64,000 bases of DNA from Candidatus Bathyarchaeota archaeon. Its GTDB lineage: Archaea > Thermoproteota > Bathyarchaeia > TCS64. The notes under the pieces were generated by a model. That model made no database searches. It saw only the letters and a program-made list of their open reading frames with translations, and had not been told where the DNA came from. Positions 40,059 to 49,712 of this stretch are shown in pieces. The stretch covers positions 32,001 through 96,000 of the forward strand of contig CAVYVF010000022.1 in assembly GCA_963771885.1 (NCBI GenBank), written 5' to 3'. The translations under genes and the position numbers were made by a program. Each line of letters starts with the position of its first letter. Position 1 is the first letter of the stretch.

Positions 40059-41246
40059 CTAGACGTATGAGAGGGCTTCCTCGAAGTCTTCTCTCAGGTC
40101 GGCGAAGTCTTCTATGCCTACGCTGGCGCGGACTAGTGTCTGGGTGATCCCCATCCTCGCCTTCTCCTCCGGCTTTAGGTCGCCGTGGGTTGAGATGAAG
40201 GGGATCGTTGCGATCGTGTCCACGCCGCCGAGGCTCGTCGCCAGCTTCACTAGCTTGAGGTGATCAAACATCCTTGTCACCTCATCTAGGCTGCCTTTGA
40301 CCTCGAAGGCGAGTAGGCCGCCGAAGCCGTGCATTTGCCTCTTCGCTAGGGCGTGTTGGGGGTGGCTGGGGAGGCCGGGGTAGTGGACGCGGCAGATCTT
40401 GGGGTGCGTCTCTAGGTATTGGGAGAGTTGGAGTGCGTTAGAGTTCTGCCTCTCGACGCGGAGCGCCATGGTCTGCATGCCCATTACGAGGAGCCACGCG
40501 GCGAAGGGGTCGAGTGTTTGCCCGTAGAGTCCTCTCATCGACTTTATGGCGCGTATCCTCTCCTTTGTGCCGATGGCGACGCCGCAGACGGCTTGGTGGT
40601 GGCCTGAGAGGGACTTGGTGGCGCTCTCGACGATGACGTCGACTCCGAGGGCGAGGCCGGTCTGGTTCATTGGGGAGGCGAATGTGTTGTCGAGCACTGT
40701 CGTCACGCCGTGTTTTTTGGCTATCCTCGTCCCCTCGGCGATGTCAACGAGGCGGAGAGTAGGATTCGTAGGCGTCTCAAGGTAGAGGAGCTTCGTTTTA
40801 TCGTTGATTAGCCCCTCGACCTCGCTTACGTTGGTTGTGTCGAAGTAGTGCGTCTTTATGCCCATCTTTTCCTCGAGGAGGTGGAAGAAGTGGAATGTCT
40901 CGCCGTAGAGCTCTCTCGGTGCGATTACCTCGTCGCCTCGTGTGACTATGCTCGTGATCGTGGAGGTGATGGCGGCCATTCCGGCGCTGAAGACGGCGGC
41001 GTCCTCACCGCCTTCTATGGCGGCTATCTTTATCTCGGCGACGCGCTGCGTCGGGTTGCCGGTGCTCGTGTAGGTGAAGCCCGTCTTCTTTCTGGCGTAT
41101 CGTGCGACGAGGTCGGGGACGTTCGGCACCGCGTAGGTAGTGGTCTGGTAGATTGGGGGGACTATGGCGCCCCAGGCCGGGTCGGGCTCTGAGCCAATGT
41201 GCACGCACTTTGTCGAGGGTCCTATACTCTCCTTCTTCTCTGTCAT
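40059..41246 (-). CDS. PLP-dependent trans-sulfuration enzyme (cystathionine gamma-synthase/lyase, methionine gamma-lyase family)
   Basis: PPIYQTTT, SAGMAAI, ETPTNP, DNTFASP, ESATKSLSGH, SLGG, RASVGIE. Confidence 0.9.
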   Translation of the reverse strand: MTEKKESIGPSTKCVHIGSEPDPAWGAIVPPIYQTTTYAVPNVPDLVARYARKKTGFTYTSTGNPTQRVAEIKIAAIEGGEDAAVFSAGMAAITSTITSIVTRGDEVIAPRELYGETFHFFHLLEEKMGIKTHYFDTTNVSEVEGLINDKTKLLYLETPTNPTLRLVDIAEGTRIAKKHGVTTVLDNTFASPMNQTGLALGVDVIVESATKSLSGHHQAVCGVAIGTKERIRAIKSMRGLYGQTLDPFAAWLLVMGMQTMALRVERQNSNALQLSQYLETHPKICRVHYPGLPSHPQHALAKRQMHGFGGLLAFEVKGSLDEVTRMFDHLKLVKLATSLGGVDTIATIPFISTHGDLKPEEKARMGITQTLVRASVGIEDFADLREDFEEALSYV

Positions 41247-41268
41247 TATATCACGCCTTGATCTCCCG

Positions 41269-41520
41269 CTACTCGCCATATAACGGTTCAGAGCTATGGT
41301 CTTGTGCTTCGGCGTGGTTTCTGTTGCCGTCGAGGTAGCTGGCGATTGTTGGTAGTATTGCCCTGAGGTCGCCGCCGTCTACGGAGGTGTGGGCTGCCTC
41401 CCTAACCCTTGGCGGGTCGAAGACTATGCCGAGCCTAGCCGCGTATAGCATTGGAACACCATTCGCCCCGTCCCCGACGGCTATCGCCTGTTCCAGAGAT
41501 GTGTCGGGCTCGCGCGCGCC
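41269..41520 (-). pseudogene. C-terminal remnant of a SerB-like HAD phosphatase
   Basis: SLEQAIAVGDGANGVPMLYAARLGIVF..VREAA...DLRAIL; N-terminal part absent. Confidence 0.65.
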
Positions 41521-41663
41521 GAAAACTCGTTGTTCTTAAGGTTACCCGATTGCAGACCTGGGAGAATCGACGAACTGCCTCCATAAAGTGGCTTTTGTAG
41601 TTCGGTGTACATCGTTTTAGGGAGGCGGTTAAGGGGCTTGTTAATGTAATAAGGTTTCGCGGG

Positions 41664-42935
41664 TTAGGGCCTCGTCTTTTCGATGAAGGAGGCTGGGATG
41701 CCGCTTGTACCGTCGGGTAGGACTGCGACCCTTGGGCTGCCCTTGTGGTGCTTTTTCAGCTCCTCTATTACCTCGTCCCACTTCTTGCACCAGGTTACGG
41801 CGCCTGGGGCTCCGAGGCGCCACTCAAGCGTCTTGAGTGGATAGGGGCTGTAGACTATGAGGCGAGCGCCCCTGGTGAGGTTGCGGGCCTTTCCGCTCCA
41901 GAGGCTCGCCGCCGCATATTTGCCGTGGTTGTTGAATATCCAATGGTTTACGTCGCCGTCGGGGTCGTTGCAGATGAGGACGACGGAGCCGTCCTTCTTC
42001 ACGGACTCCTGCGCGGGCCAGAGGCTGAGGTAAGGCTCGTTTGCGCGCATGTAGCTGTTGGCTACGACCACGTCCATGTCTGCTGGTGACTCTGTGCTGT
42101 GCCATCGGAACGCGGCCTTGGACGCTGCCCTGTGGGTCTGGATGAAGTCGCCGGCGTAGACCTCGACGGGGTCACGCCTCAGGTTGAGGACGGCGTCTAT
42201 CTTGAAGTCGAGCCCCGCGATGCGTGCTGACTCCTCGGCGTCGAGGCGGAGTACATTCTCGTCGTTCCTGAGGTAGCCGGTGGTCTTGTGTGGGACGAGT
42301 CCGGGGCCGAATCCGCCGACTGGGCCGTGGTTGGTGCGTATCGTCTCGATTCCGGCTACGCCGGGGCTGATTATCTTGCCGCCGGCGCTCATTCCACTCA
42401 TCCTGTGGTAAAGGACGCTGCCGATGCCTATCTTCAGGTCGCAGGCGGCGACCTCGGCGTTGATCCAGACTGGGGTTCCGTAGCTCGTTGTTCCGACCTG
42501 CTTGCACATCTCGTAGGGGTTGTGGTTGTAGACGGGGTATCGCTCCATTATGTCCTCGCCTAGCTTTTTGGCGAAGAGTTGGCGGCCGAATGTGCCGTGG
42601 CTCCCTGGGGCTACGATGAAGCGTATGTTCTCGTCCTTGATGCCCGCCTTCTTTATCTCCTCGAGAACGATGCCGGCGTACTGGTGGGTCTTTGTGGGGC
42701 GCGTGGAGTCGTCGAAGATGATCACTGCCTCGCTCCTGTCCTTTGCGAGTTTCGCCAGAGGCTTCGTGCCGAGGGGGTTCCTGATCGCCTTCCTGATCTG
42801 TGCCTTGGTTAGCCCCTTCTGGTCCTCACAAGCCATCTTACACCTATGGATCTTCCATTCAGAGGGGAAGGTAAGTTTGATGGGTTTGTCCTTGAACCAG
42901 GGCTGCCCGGGTACCTCAACAACCGTATCTGCCAT
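41664..42935 (-). CDS. LarA-family (nickel-pincer) racemase/epimerase
   Basis: DDSTRP, PGSHG, HNP, GTTSYG, H..SG.S.GGK, PGVAG, NH. Confidence 0.82.
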   Translation of the reverse strand: MADTVVEVPGQPWFKDKPIKLTFPSEWKIHRCKMACEDQKGLTKAQIRKAIRNPLGTKPLAKLAKDRSEAVIIFDDSTRPTKTHQYAGIVLEEIKKAGIKDENIRFIVAPGSHGTFGRQLFAKKLGEDIMERYPVYNHNPYEMCKQVGTTSYGTPVWINAEVAACDLKIGIGSVLYHRMSGMSAGGKIISPGVAGIETIRTNHGPVGGFGPGLVPHKTTGYLRNDENVLRLDAEESARIAGLDFKIDAVLNLRRDPVEVYAGDFIQTHRAASKAAFRWHSTESPADMDVVVANSYMRANEPYLSLWPAQESVKKDGSVVLICNDPDGDVNHWIFNNHGKYAAASLWSGKARNLTRGARLIVYSPYPLKTLEWRLGAPGAVTWCKKWDEVIEELKKHHKGSPRVAVLPDGTSGIPASFIEKTRP

Positions 42936-42992
42936 ATTGGTTCCTCACAGAAGCTGACGGAGAAGATGCGCCAAAGGGGGATATAATACCCA

Positions 42993-43586
42993 CTAGTCGC
43001 TGTATCGTTTCCTGAGGGCGGGGGAGGTCCTGAGGATGATGAGTGCTCGCTCGACGGCGTCTACCCACTCGCATTGCTCTGCCTGCCTCGCTGCGGGGCT
43101 GAGGACGCCGTGGTCGATGCCCCTGTTGATCTCCCGTGCCATTCTGCTCCTGTAGACGGTGAGGCTCCTATCCCCGAGACGGTCGACCTCGAACCAGTCC
43201 TCGCTGAGGAGGACGACGCGTGGCACGCGGGGGGCACCCATAATGCGCAGCTCGTCGCGTAGCTCCGTTGAGGCGTCGCGGTCTATAATCCGTAGCTCGG
43301 CTAGGCCCCCGATCTCCTTCGTTATGGCTTCTAGGTACGGAAAGACGCGTGAGCAGTCAAGGCACCACGTGGCGCCTACGGCGAGTACCTTGATGCACCT
43401 CCTGTATCCCTGGAGACGCGCTCTCTGGTCATCGCTGAGCATCGGCGCCCTCTCCGCTGACTCCGCCCAGCGCTTCGCCTCTTCCTCCTTTGCAGACTTC
43501 AGGAACTCCCCGAGGGGCTTCGCCGCCTCCCAGCTCATCTTCCAGAGCTCGGAGCGGACATCGTAGTACGCCGGCTTCTCAGCCAT
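42993..43586 (-). CDS. thioredoxin-fold protein
   Basis: ATWCLDCS, IDRD, RVPRVV. Confidence 0.82.
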   Translation of the reverse strand: MAEKPAYYDVRSELWKMSWEAAKPLGEFLKSAKEEEAKRWAESAERAPMLSDDQRARLQGYRRCIKVLAVGATWCLDCSRVFPYLEAITKEIGGLAELRIIDRDASTELRDELRIMGAPRVPRVVLLSEDWFEVDRLGDRSLTVYRSRMAREINRGIDHGVLSPAARQAEQCEWVDAVERALIILRTSPALRKRYSD

Positions 43587-43614
43587 ATTGATCACGTGAA
43601 GTGGTGCACGAGAA

Positions 43615-44352
43615 TTAATAACCTGTGGAGTCAACCGTCCTCAGATAGCTCCGCTTGAGCCAGTCCTCGTATAGGTTGTCGAGGGGGCTCGGTATCATCG
43701 GGTCATGGCGCGCGTATGCCTCGAAGACGGCGCGCTTCCTATGGTAGACGACCTCGGGCAGATTCGCCGGCTGAAGGTCACAGCTATAGCCCCTGAATAG
43801 CCTCTGTCCAGCCTCTGCCCTGCGCGCCGCCTCGATGGCGAAGAAGCCCGTGTAGAGGTGGTCGATGTGGTCGCAGCCGGCAGTCCAGCCCGTCGGGTCA
43901 TGTGTCGAGACGAGTCCACCACCGGCCATGCGTATCAGTTCGGAGAGCGTCGCGATGAGAGCCTCCCTGTCAAATCGGTTTGCGCCGTCGACCGTCGCGA
44001 GTTCCTCGCCGTTCCAGATTCGTTCAAGCGCCTTGACGGGTACTTCCTTGGGGTCGAGCCGCCCGCCATCGGGTAGGTGGATGAACATGAGCCTAGCATT
44101 ACTTGAGACAGAGGATGCTAGCCTTTTCCCGTTGACGACTAGCGCGTCTTCACTCCAACTAGTGGTGCCCATCGCCGAATAGGCGGCGCGTTCACCTTCC
44201 TCGCGTCCACGCCAGTAATCTTCGCCGAGACCTGCGTCCCCTGCCGTCAGGTAGATCGTCCAGACACCACCTGATGCGAGGTCGTCCATTAGACTCGGGC
44301 TCATGAAGATCAGATCGTCGTCCTGGTGCGCAGAGATGTAGATGTTCGCCAC
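43615..44352 (-). CDS. PIG-L family deacetylase
   Basis: AHQDDD, YLTAGD, LPDG, DHIDH. Confidence 0.85.
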   Translation of the reverse strand: MANIYISAHQDDDLIFMSPSLMDDLASGGVWTIYLTAGDAGLGEDYWRGREEGERAAYSAMGTTSWSEDALVVNGKRLASSVSSNARLMFIHLPDGGRLDPKEVPVKALERIWNGEELATVDGANRFDREALIATLSELIRMAGGGLVSTHDPTGWTAGCDHIDHLYTGFFAIEAARRAEAGQRLFRGYSCDLQPANLPEVVYHRKRAVFEAYARHDPMIPSPLDNLYEDWLKRSYLRTVDSTGY

Positions 44353-44445
44353 GTGTAAAGAGATACCCGCGGGGATGGAAAAACACTACCAAAACAGATT
44401 AAACAAGAATGGAAAATGCACGTTTTCAATCGCCTAATAACCGAA

Positions 44446-44469
44446 AATTTTACCCTGTTTGGTAAAATT
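44446..44469. repeat. perfect 9-bp inverted repeat
   Basis: AATTTTACC-CTGTTT-GGTAAAATT. Confidence 0.6.
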
Positions 44470-44507
44470 GTGAGAATATACCACGCTATGAGAAAGGGGG
44501 AGGGGGA

Positions 44508-45770
44508 TCAACGAGTTTCCTGCGGGTCCTGTATGGGGCGTCGCCTCCACTCTGGGTACTGCCCAATCACATCGCCTCCCTTCATGACCCAGCCGACACG
44601 CTTGAGTGCCGTGATGTCCTTGAGAGGGTCCTCCGCGACCGTTATCATGTCCGCAAACTTGCCGACGGTGATTGTGCCGAGCTTCTCCTCGACTCCTATC
44701 GCCTCTGCGCCAACTCTTGTCGCCGACTCGATAGCATTCATATTGCTCATCCCATACTTTGTCAGCCACTCCACCTCCTCTGGGAGCATCGCAAACATCT
44801 GGTCGCCGAAGACGTTGTCTGTCCCTGCCCCGACGCGCACTTTCTTAGAGAGGACGAGTTTCATGGTCTTGGGCAGCTGCTCGACGCAGCCCTTGAACCA
44901 CTCTTCTGTCTGCTCGAGGTCGCGCCCAGTGAGGTTCCAGATGCCTGTCTTCGCCTGCTCAGTGCGCGTCTTCGCAGTTCTCTCGGGGATGTGGTTCTTC
45001 ACCCAGAGTGTGGGGACGAGTACGACCTTGTTGTAAGCCATCTTCTCAGCGGTCTCCTTGTCGATGAAGCTGCCGTGCTCGATAGTGTCTGCCCCCGCGT
45101 CCGCCGCCATCTTCGTGCCGACGTAGTTGGCGACGTGTATCGCACATTTCCGCCCGTGTGCATGCGCCTCGTCCACACCCGCCTCAATCTCCTCGTAGGT
45201 GTACTCCCTGTCGTCGGTGCGGTGGCTGCTGAGAATCTTGATGAAGTCAACGCCCGCCTTGATCTCCTCGCGCACAGCCTTGCGGACCTCCCAGGGCCCG
45301 TCGACCTCGTGGATGGTACCGGGTATGCCGGAGCCGTGGCCGCCAGTCATGCAGATGCCGATGCCCGCGCAGAACAGGCGAGGTCCGATTATCTGCCTCC
45401 TCTCCACCGCGTCCCTCATCGCGAGGTCTATGTGTCCCCTGTCGGAGACGCAGCTAAGCGTCGTAATGCCCGTCTGGAGCGCCGTCCGGAGGTTGTTTGA
45501 CGCAACGAGGCTCGCGTAGGCGAGCTCCGAGCCCCTTGTCGGGACAGGGACGAATCCGCTGCTGTAGAGGTGGACGTGCAGGTCGATGAGTCCGGGGAGG
45601 AGCCAGCGCCCCGTGCCGTCGATGATCTCGGCACCCTCAGGGACCTTGACTTCCCCCCGCTTACCAACTGCCTCAATCCTATCGCCTTTGACCACGACCA
45701 CAGAGTCGGCGACGGGTCTCTTCCCCGAGCCGTCGATGAGTGTCGCGCCTACGATTGCCTTCGCTGACAT
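44508..45770 (-). CDS. metal-dependent amidohydrolase (Xaa-Pro dipeptidase-like)
   Basis: PGLIDLHVH, GITT, TGGHG, TIEHG, AGTD, GKFAD. Confidence 0.88.
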   Translation of the reverse strand: MSAKAIVGATLIDGSGKRPVADSVVVVKGDRIEAVGKRGEVKVPEGAEIIDGTGRWLLPGLIDLHVHLYSSGFVPVPTRGSELAYASLVASNNLRTALQTGITTLSCVSDRGHIDLAMRDAVERRQIIGPRLFCAGIGICMTGGHGSGIPGTIHEVDGPWEVRKAVREEIKAGVDFIKILSSHRTDDREYTYEEIEAGVDEAHAHGRKCAIHVANYVGTKMAADAGADTIEHGSFIDKETAEKMAYNKVVLVPTLWVKNHIPERTAKTRTEQAKTGIWNLTGRDLEQTEEWFKGCVEQLPKTMKLVLSKKVRVGAGTDNVFGDQMFAMLPEEVEWLTKYGMSNMNAIESATRVGAEAIGVEEKLGTITVGKFADMITVAEDPLKDITALKRVGWVMKGGDVIGQYPEWRRRPIQDPQETR

Positions 45771-45800
45771 GAGAATCGGTGAATACTCGCCCGGAACGGC

Positions 45801-46076
45801 TTAAACGGTTTCGCCCGGTTCATCTATGAAGCGTTTGACGGTCCCGTGGGCGTTGACGTACGCGCCACCCTTGGCCGTGATGACGTATCCCCTGTTCCCC
45901 CCGTACTCGGACTCCTTGACCATGCCCCTGTCGAGGAGGAACTCAAGCGCCTCCTTGCAGCGGTCGACGGGGAGGTTGGCGCCGTAGCTGATCCGGGTCA
46001 CTCCCATTACGCCACGCTCCATGATGACCTCTAGAATGTCGGCGTAGATGTCGTATCTTGTGCGCCGCTCCACCAC
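45801..46076 (-). CDS. archaeal winged-helix regulator
   Basis: RRTRYDIYADILE, TRISYGANL, YVITAKG. Confidence 0.82.
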   Translation of the reverse strand: MVERRTRYDIYADILEVIMERGVMGVTRISYGANLPVDRCKEALEFLLDRGMVKESEYGGNRGYVITAKGGAYVNAHGTVKRFIDEPGETV

Positions 46077-46085
46077 CGAGGCCCC

Positions 46086-47405
46086 CTAGATCGGTCTGTC
46101 GGGGAGCTTTTCAGCCTTCTGAGGCTGAGCCGTAAAGCGGACCCCCCTCTCTGCGTGGAGCTCATCGGTGAAGAGTATGCTCCCCGTGACATCGCTGCCC
46201 TCCTCCGCTTCGAGGATGCCCGCATAGACGTTCCTCGCCCGGGCACCTCTAAGGAGGACGACGCGGTCCCCCCAGACGTCCTCTATATATGCGCCGCGCT
46301 GGATGAGAACATCGTGTCCGACGAGGGGGCCGATGGCTTCTCCTCGGCGGCCGACCTCAATCCTGTCCGCCTTAGCCCCCCTCTTGGTCCTGATCTTGTG
46401 GGTCTCGATGCTCCTCCTAGCGACGATAGACTCGGCGGAGAGCGAGCCCCCCACCTTTACCTCATCCGCCTCAATCGGGCCACCCGCCTCGGCGACCCCG
46501 CCTACGGTAAGGTCCTCTTCCAGCTTGATGCTTCCCGCGGCCTTGAATATACCTCCGACCTTTACACTGCGCCCGACCGCGTCTCCGTTGATAGTCGCCG
46601 CGCCACCGACGCGGAGCTTGCTGAATGTGAGGCTGCCCTCGCTGTCGAACTTGCCCCCGACGGTGATGTCCTCGCCATAGCCGCCCGCCATTGAGGCGAT
46701 GCCGCCTACACTTATTGCGCCGAACCTGAGGGGTCCCTTCGCCCTGAATACGCCGCCGACGTCGACCTTGCGCTCGATGCGCCCGCCGCCGATGGTGACG
46801 GTTCCGCCGACATCGAGCTTACCGATCTCGACCTCCCCCGACTCGAATGAGCCGCCGACGTCGATGTCGTCCGATGTAACCTTGCCGAGCCCGAGGAATC
46901 TGCCGCCAACATCCATCCGCTCTCCCTTGAGTTCGCCGCGTACCTCGGCTGAACCGCCGACGTCAATGTGAGCGAGCTCGGCGTTTCCACCGAGGCTGAG
47001 CGAGCCTCCCACATCAGCTTTCCGAGCCTTAGCTGCGCCGTCGACTGTGAGAGAGCCTCCGACGCTTGCCTCCTGCACATCGAGAGAGCCGTGGACATCG
47101 ACGCGTTTGTGAGCATCGAGCGCATCGGCCTTCAAGTCGCCCCGCACATCCAAGGGTCCACGCGCCTTTACCTCGCCTGACGCGGTGAGGTTGCCCTCAA
47201 AGACGGCATCGCCGCCGCGGGACTCCAAGTCTCGTGTCGTCACGTCGCCTATGAATCGGCAGTCGCCTTGGCACACGGTTGTCCCAGTGACTCGGAGGCC
47301 TCCCTTCGCCTCGACCTCGCCGTCCTCGACGAGGAGGTCGCCGTCGACCGCATCGAGGGCACGTCTGACGCCCCTGACGAACTCGTTGAACCTCATGCCT
47401 CTCAC
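46086..47405 (-). CDS. long bactofilin-like beta-helix repeat protein
   Basis: 13 consecutive ~17-aa units centred on VGG, plus degenerate flanking units. Confidence 0.7.
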   Translation of the reverse strand: MRGMRFNEFVRGVRRALDAVDGDLLVEDGEVEAKGGLRVTGTTVCQGDCRFIGDVTTRDLESRGGDAVFEGNLTASGEVKARGPLDVRGDLKADALDAHKRVDVHGSLDVQEASVGGSLTVDGAAKARKADVGGSLSLGGNAELAHIDVGGSAEVRGELKGERMDVGGRFLGLGKVTSDDIDVGGSFESGEVEIGKLDVGGTVTIGGGRIERKVDVGGVFRAKGPLRFGAISVGGIASMAGGYGEDITVGGKFDSEGSLTFSKLRVGGAATINGDAVGRSVKVGGIFKAAGSIKLEEDLTVGGVAEAGGPIEADEVKVGGSLSAESIVARRSIETHKIRTKRGAKADRIEVGRRGEAIGPLVGHDVLIQRGAYIEDVWGDRVVLLRGARARNVYAGILEAEEGSDVTGSILFTDELHAERGVRFTAQPQKAEKLPDRPI

Positions 47406-47731
47406 TTGTATCTGCGGGGCGCGCCATGGCTTTTAAAGCTGAATCACGGCGCCTACACACAAGTTGTGAGTATCCCGCCACCTTCAGTGATCATGCAACT
47501 TGAGTCGAGTTAAAAGCAGAGCATTGACAAACCACGACAAACGATGATACTTGCAAGATATCAGAAAAGAACAGGAAGCCCTTGAGGCGGTGAGGAGATG
47601 ATAGAGATCGAGGAGGAGAGAACCCACCTGAGAGGCCTGGCAGGTGTTAAACCATTACAGGCTTGTGCCTTTTCACCGTTATGGATATGCAAAGTCTCTT
47701 AACCGCCTCATCCACTGTCTCCTAGATACCT

Positions 47732-48541
47732 TTGATCGAGATACGCTTCCACGGCAGGGGTGGGCAGGGTGCAGTGACCGCATCTAGGGTCCTCGCCATC
47801 GCCGCATTCCTCGAGGGGCATCATAGCCAGTCCATCCCAATGTACGGGACGGAGAGGCGCGGTGCTCCGGTGACCGCCTTCGTCAGGATAGGGGAGAAGA
47901 GCAGAATGGTCCGTAGCCTGGTGCACGAACCCGACTACGTCGTCATTCTCGACCCCCTCCTCAGGAACACGGTCAACGTCACAGAGGGGCTCAAGCCCGG
48001 CGCCACGATAATCATCAATAGCTCGTCGCCACCGAACGAGATCGAGTTCACCGAGCAATACAAGGTCGCAACAGTCGACGCGACCAAGGTGGCGCTTGAG
48101 ACGATTGGGCGCCCAATCACCAATACCGCTATCCTCGGCGCATTCGCCAAGGCGACTGGCGAGGTAAAGCTCGAATCACTAGTCGAGGCTGTGAAGAAGG
48201 AAATGTCAGGCCGCATGGCGGACACCAACATAAAGGCGGTCGAGAAGGCGTACGCCTCAACAATCGTGGGAGAAAACAGGGTTGTCAAGGAGCTCAAGAA
48301 GGTCGCCGCTGCGCCTGCAAACAGCCGTGCGGACTGGCGTACCTTCCGTCCAGTCGTCGACCCTGCGAAGTGCACAGGGTGCCAGATATGCTGGACCTAT
48401 TGTCCTGAGCACAGCATAAACATGGTCAACAAGAAGAGCACAATCGACTACGTATACTGCAAGGGCTGCGGTATATGCGCCGAGGAGTGCCCGACCAAAG
48501 CCATCACAATGGCGATGGAGAGCGAGAAGAAGGAGGGTTAA
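47732..48541 (+). CDS. 2-oxoacid:ferredoxin oxidoreductase gamma subunit fused to a delta (2x4Fe-4S) domain
   Basis: [18 protein letters not shown]-terminal [30 protein letters not shown]. Confidence 0.9.
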
Positions 48542-48544
48542 ACG

Positions 48545-49711
48545 TTGCCGCACACCGAGCTAATGGTTGGTAACAAGGCGGTCGCCTATGGCGCTAAACT
48601 GGCACGGGTACAGGTAATATCCGCGTACCCCATCACGCCCCAGACGACCATCGTACAGTACCTCGCCGAGTTTGTCGCAAACGGCGAGATGAAGGCGAAG
48701 TTCATCGAGGTCGAGTCCGAGCTTAGCGCTATGGTGGCAGTCCAGGGGGCATGCTTCGCCGGTGCACGAGTCTTCACTGCGACATCCGGCCCAGGCCTCC
48801 TCTTCATGCACCACCCGATGATGGAGGGTTCAGACCTCCCAGTCGTCATGGGGGTAGTGCATCGCAGCGTCAAGAGCATGCAGCCCGACCACACCGACCT
48901 CATGGCGCAGAGGGACAACGGCTGGATACAGCTCTACTGCGAGGACAGCCAGGAAGCCCTCGACACGGCGCTGATGACGTACAAGATCGCGGAGGAGCCG
49001 AGCAATCCGACGCCGGCGGTCTTCGGCATCGACGGCTACATACTCAGCTATACTGCGGAGCCCGTTGAGATACCCGACCAGTCAGCCGTCGACGAGTGGC
49101 TCCCGCCACTCCAGGCACCATGGGCGCCCGACATCAATCTCCCCGTCGCCGAGTGGAAGAAGAGGCAGGGACGCCTATATGGTAGCCAGAAGGCGTGGCT
49201 CGAACACGACGCAAAGTTCAGGAGGAGCCTCGACACAATCAAGGCGGTGCACACCGACTTCGCTAAGACCTTCGGAAGGAGCTACGGAAACGGGCTCCTC
49301 GAGGAGCATAACTGTGACGGTGCCGAGGCGGTGATAATCGCCATGGGAACCATCGCATCCACGGCACGCGTGGTCATCGACGACCTGCGCGCCGAGGGGA
49401 AAAAGGTGGGGCTCGTTAAGCTCAAGTGCTACCGCCCGTTCCCCGTCGAGGACATCAGGGCGCTGGCGAAGAAGTACCACGCGATAGGCGTCATCGACAG
49501 GAACCTCAGCCTCGGAGGGGGCGGCAACGTCCTCAACGAGGTCAGGAGCGCAATCTACGACATGGCGGAGAGGCCCAAGGTCCTCGGATTCCACACGGGT
49601 ATGGCTGGAGACGAGGTCACGACGGGCATGGTCAAGAGGATAGCGGAGAAGACGCTCAAGGCGGTCAGGGAGCCGGTTTCCACCGCCGTCGAGTGGGTGG
49701 GAGGCAACTAA
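48545..49711 (+). CDS. 2-oxoacid:ferredoxin oxidoreductase alpha subunit
   Basis: AYPITPQT, VESE, ATSGPG, RPFP. Confidence 0.9.
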   Translation: MPHTELMVGNKAVAYGAKLARVQVISAYPITPQTTIVQYLAEFVANGEMKAKFIEVESELSAMVAVQGACFAGARVFTATSGPGLLFMHHPMMEGSDLPVVMGVVHRSVKSMQPDHTDLMAQRDNGWIQLYCEDSQEALDTALMTYKIAEEPSNPTPAVFGIDGYILSYTAEPVEIPDQSAVDEWLPPLQAPWAPDINLPVAEWKKRQGRLYGSQKAWLEHDAKFRRSLDTIKAVHTDFAKTFGRSYGNGLLEEHNCDGAEAVIIAMGTIASTARVVIDDLRAEGKKVGLVKLKCYRPFPVEDIRALAKKYHAIGVIDRNLSLGGGGNVLNEVRSAIYDMAERPKVLGFHTGMAGDEVTTGMVKRIAEKTLKAVREPVSTAVEWVGGN

Positions 49712-49712
49712 C

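Noticed and set aside
46086..47405. DNA-level tandem repeat array
   Set aside because: Periodicity is at protein level with divergent codons
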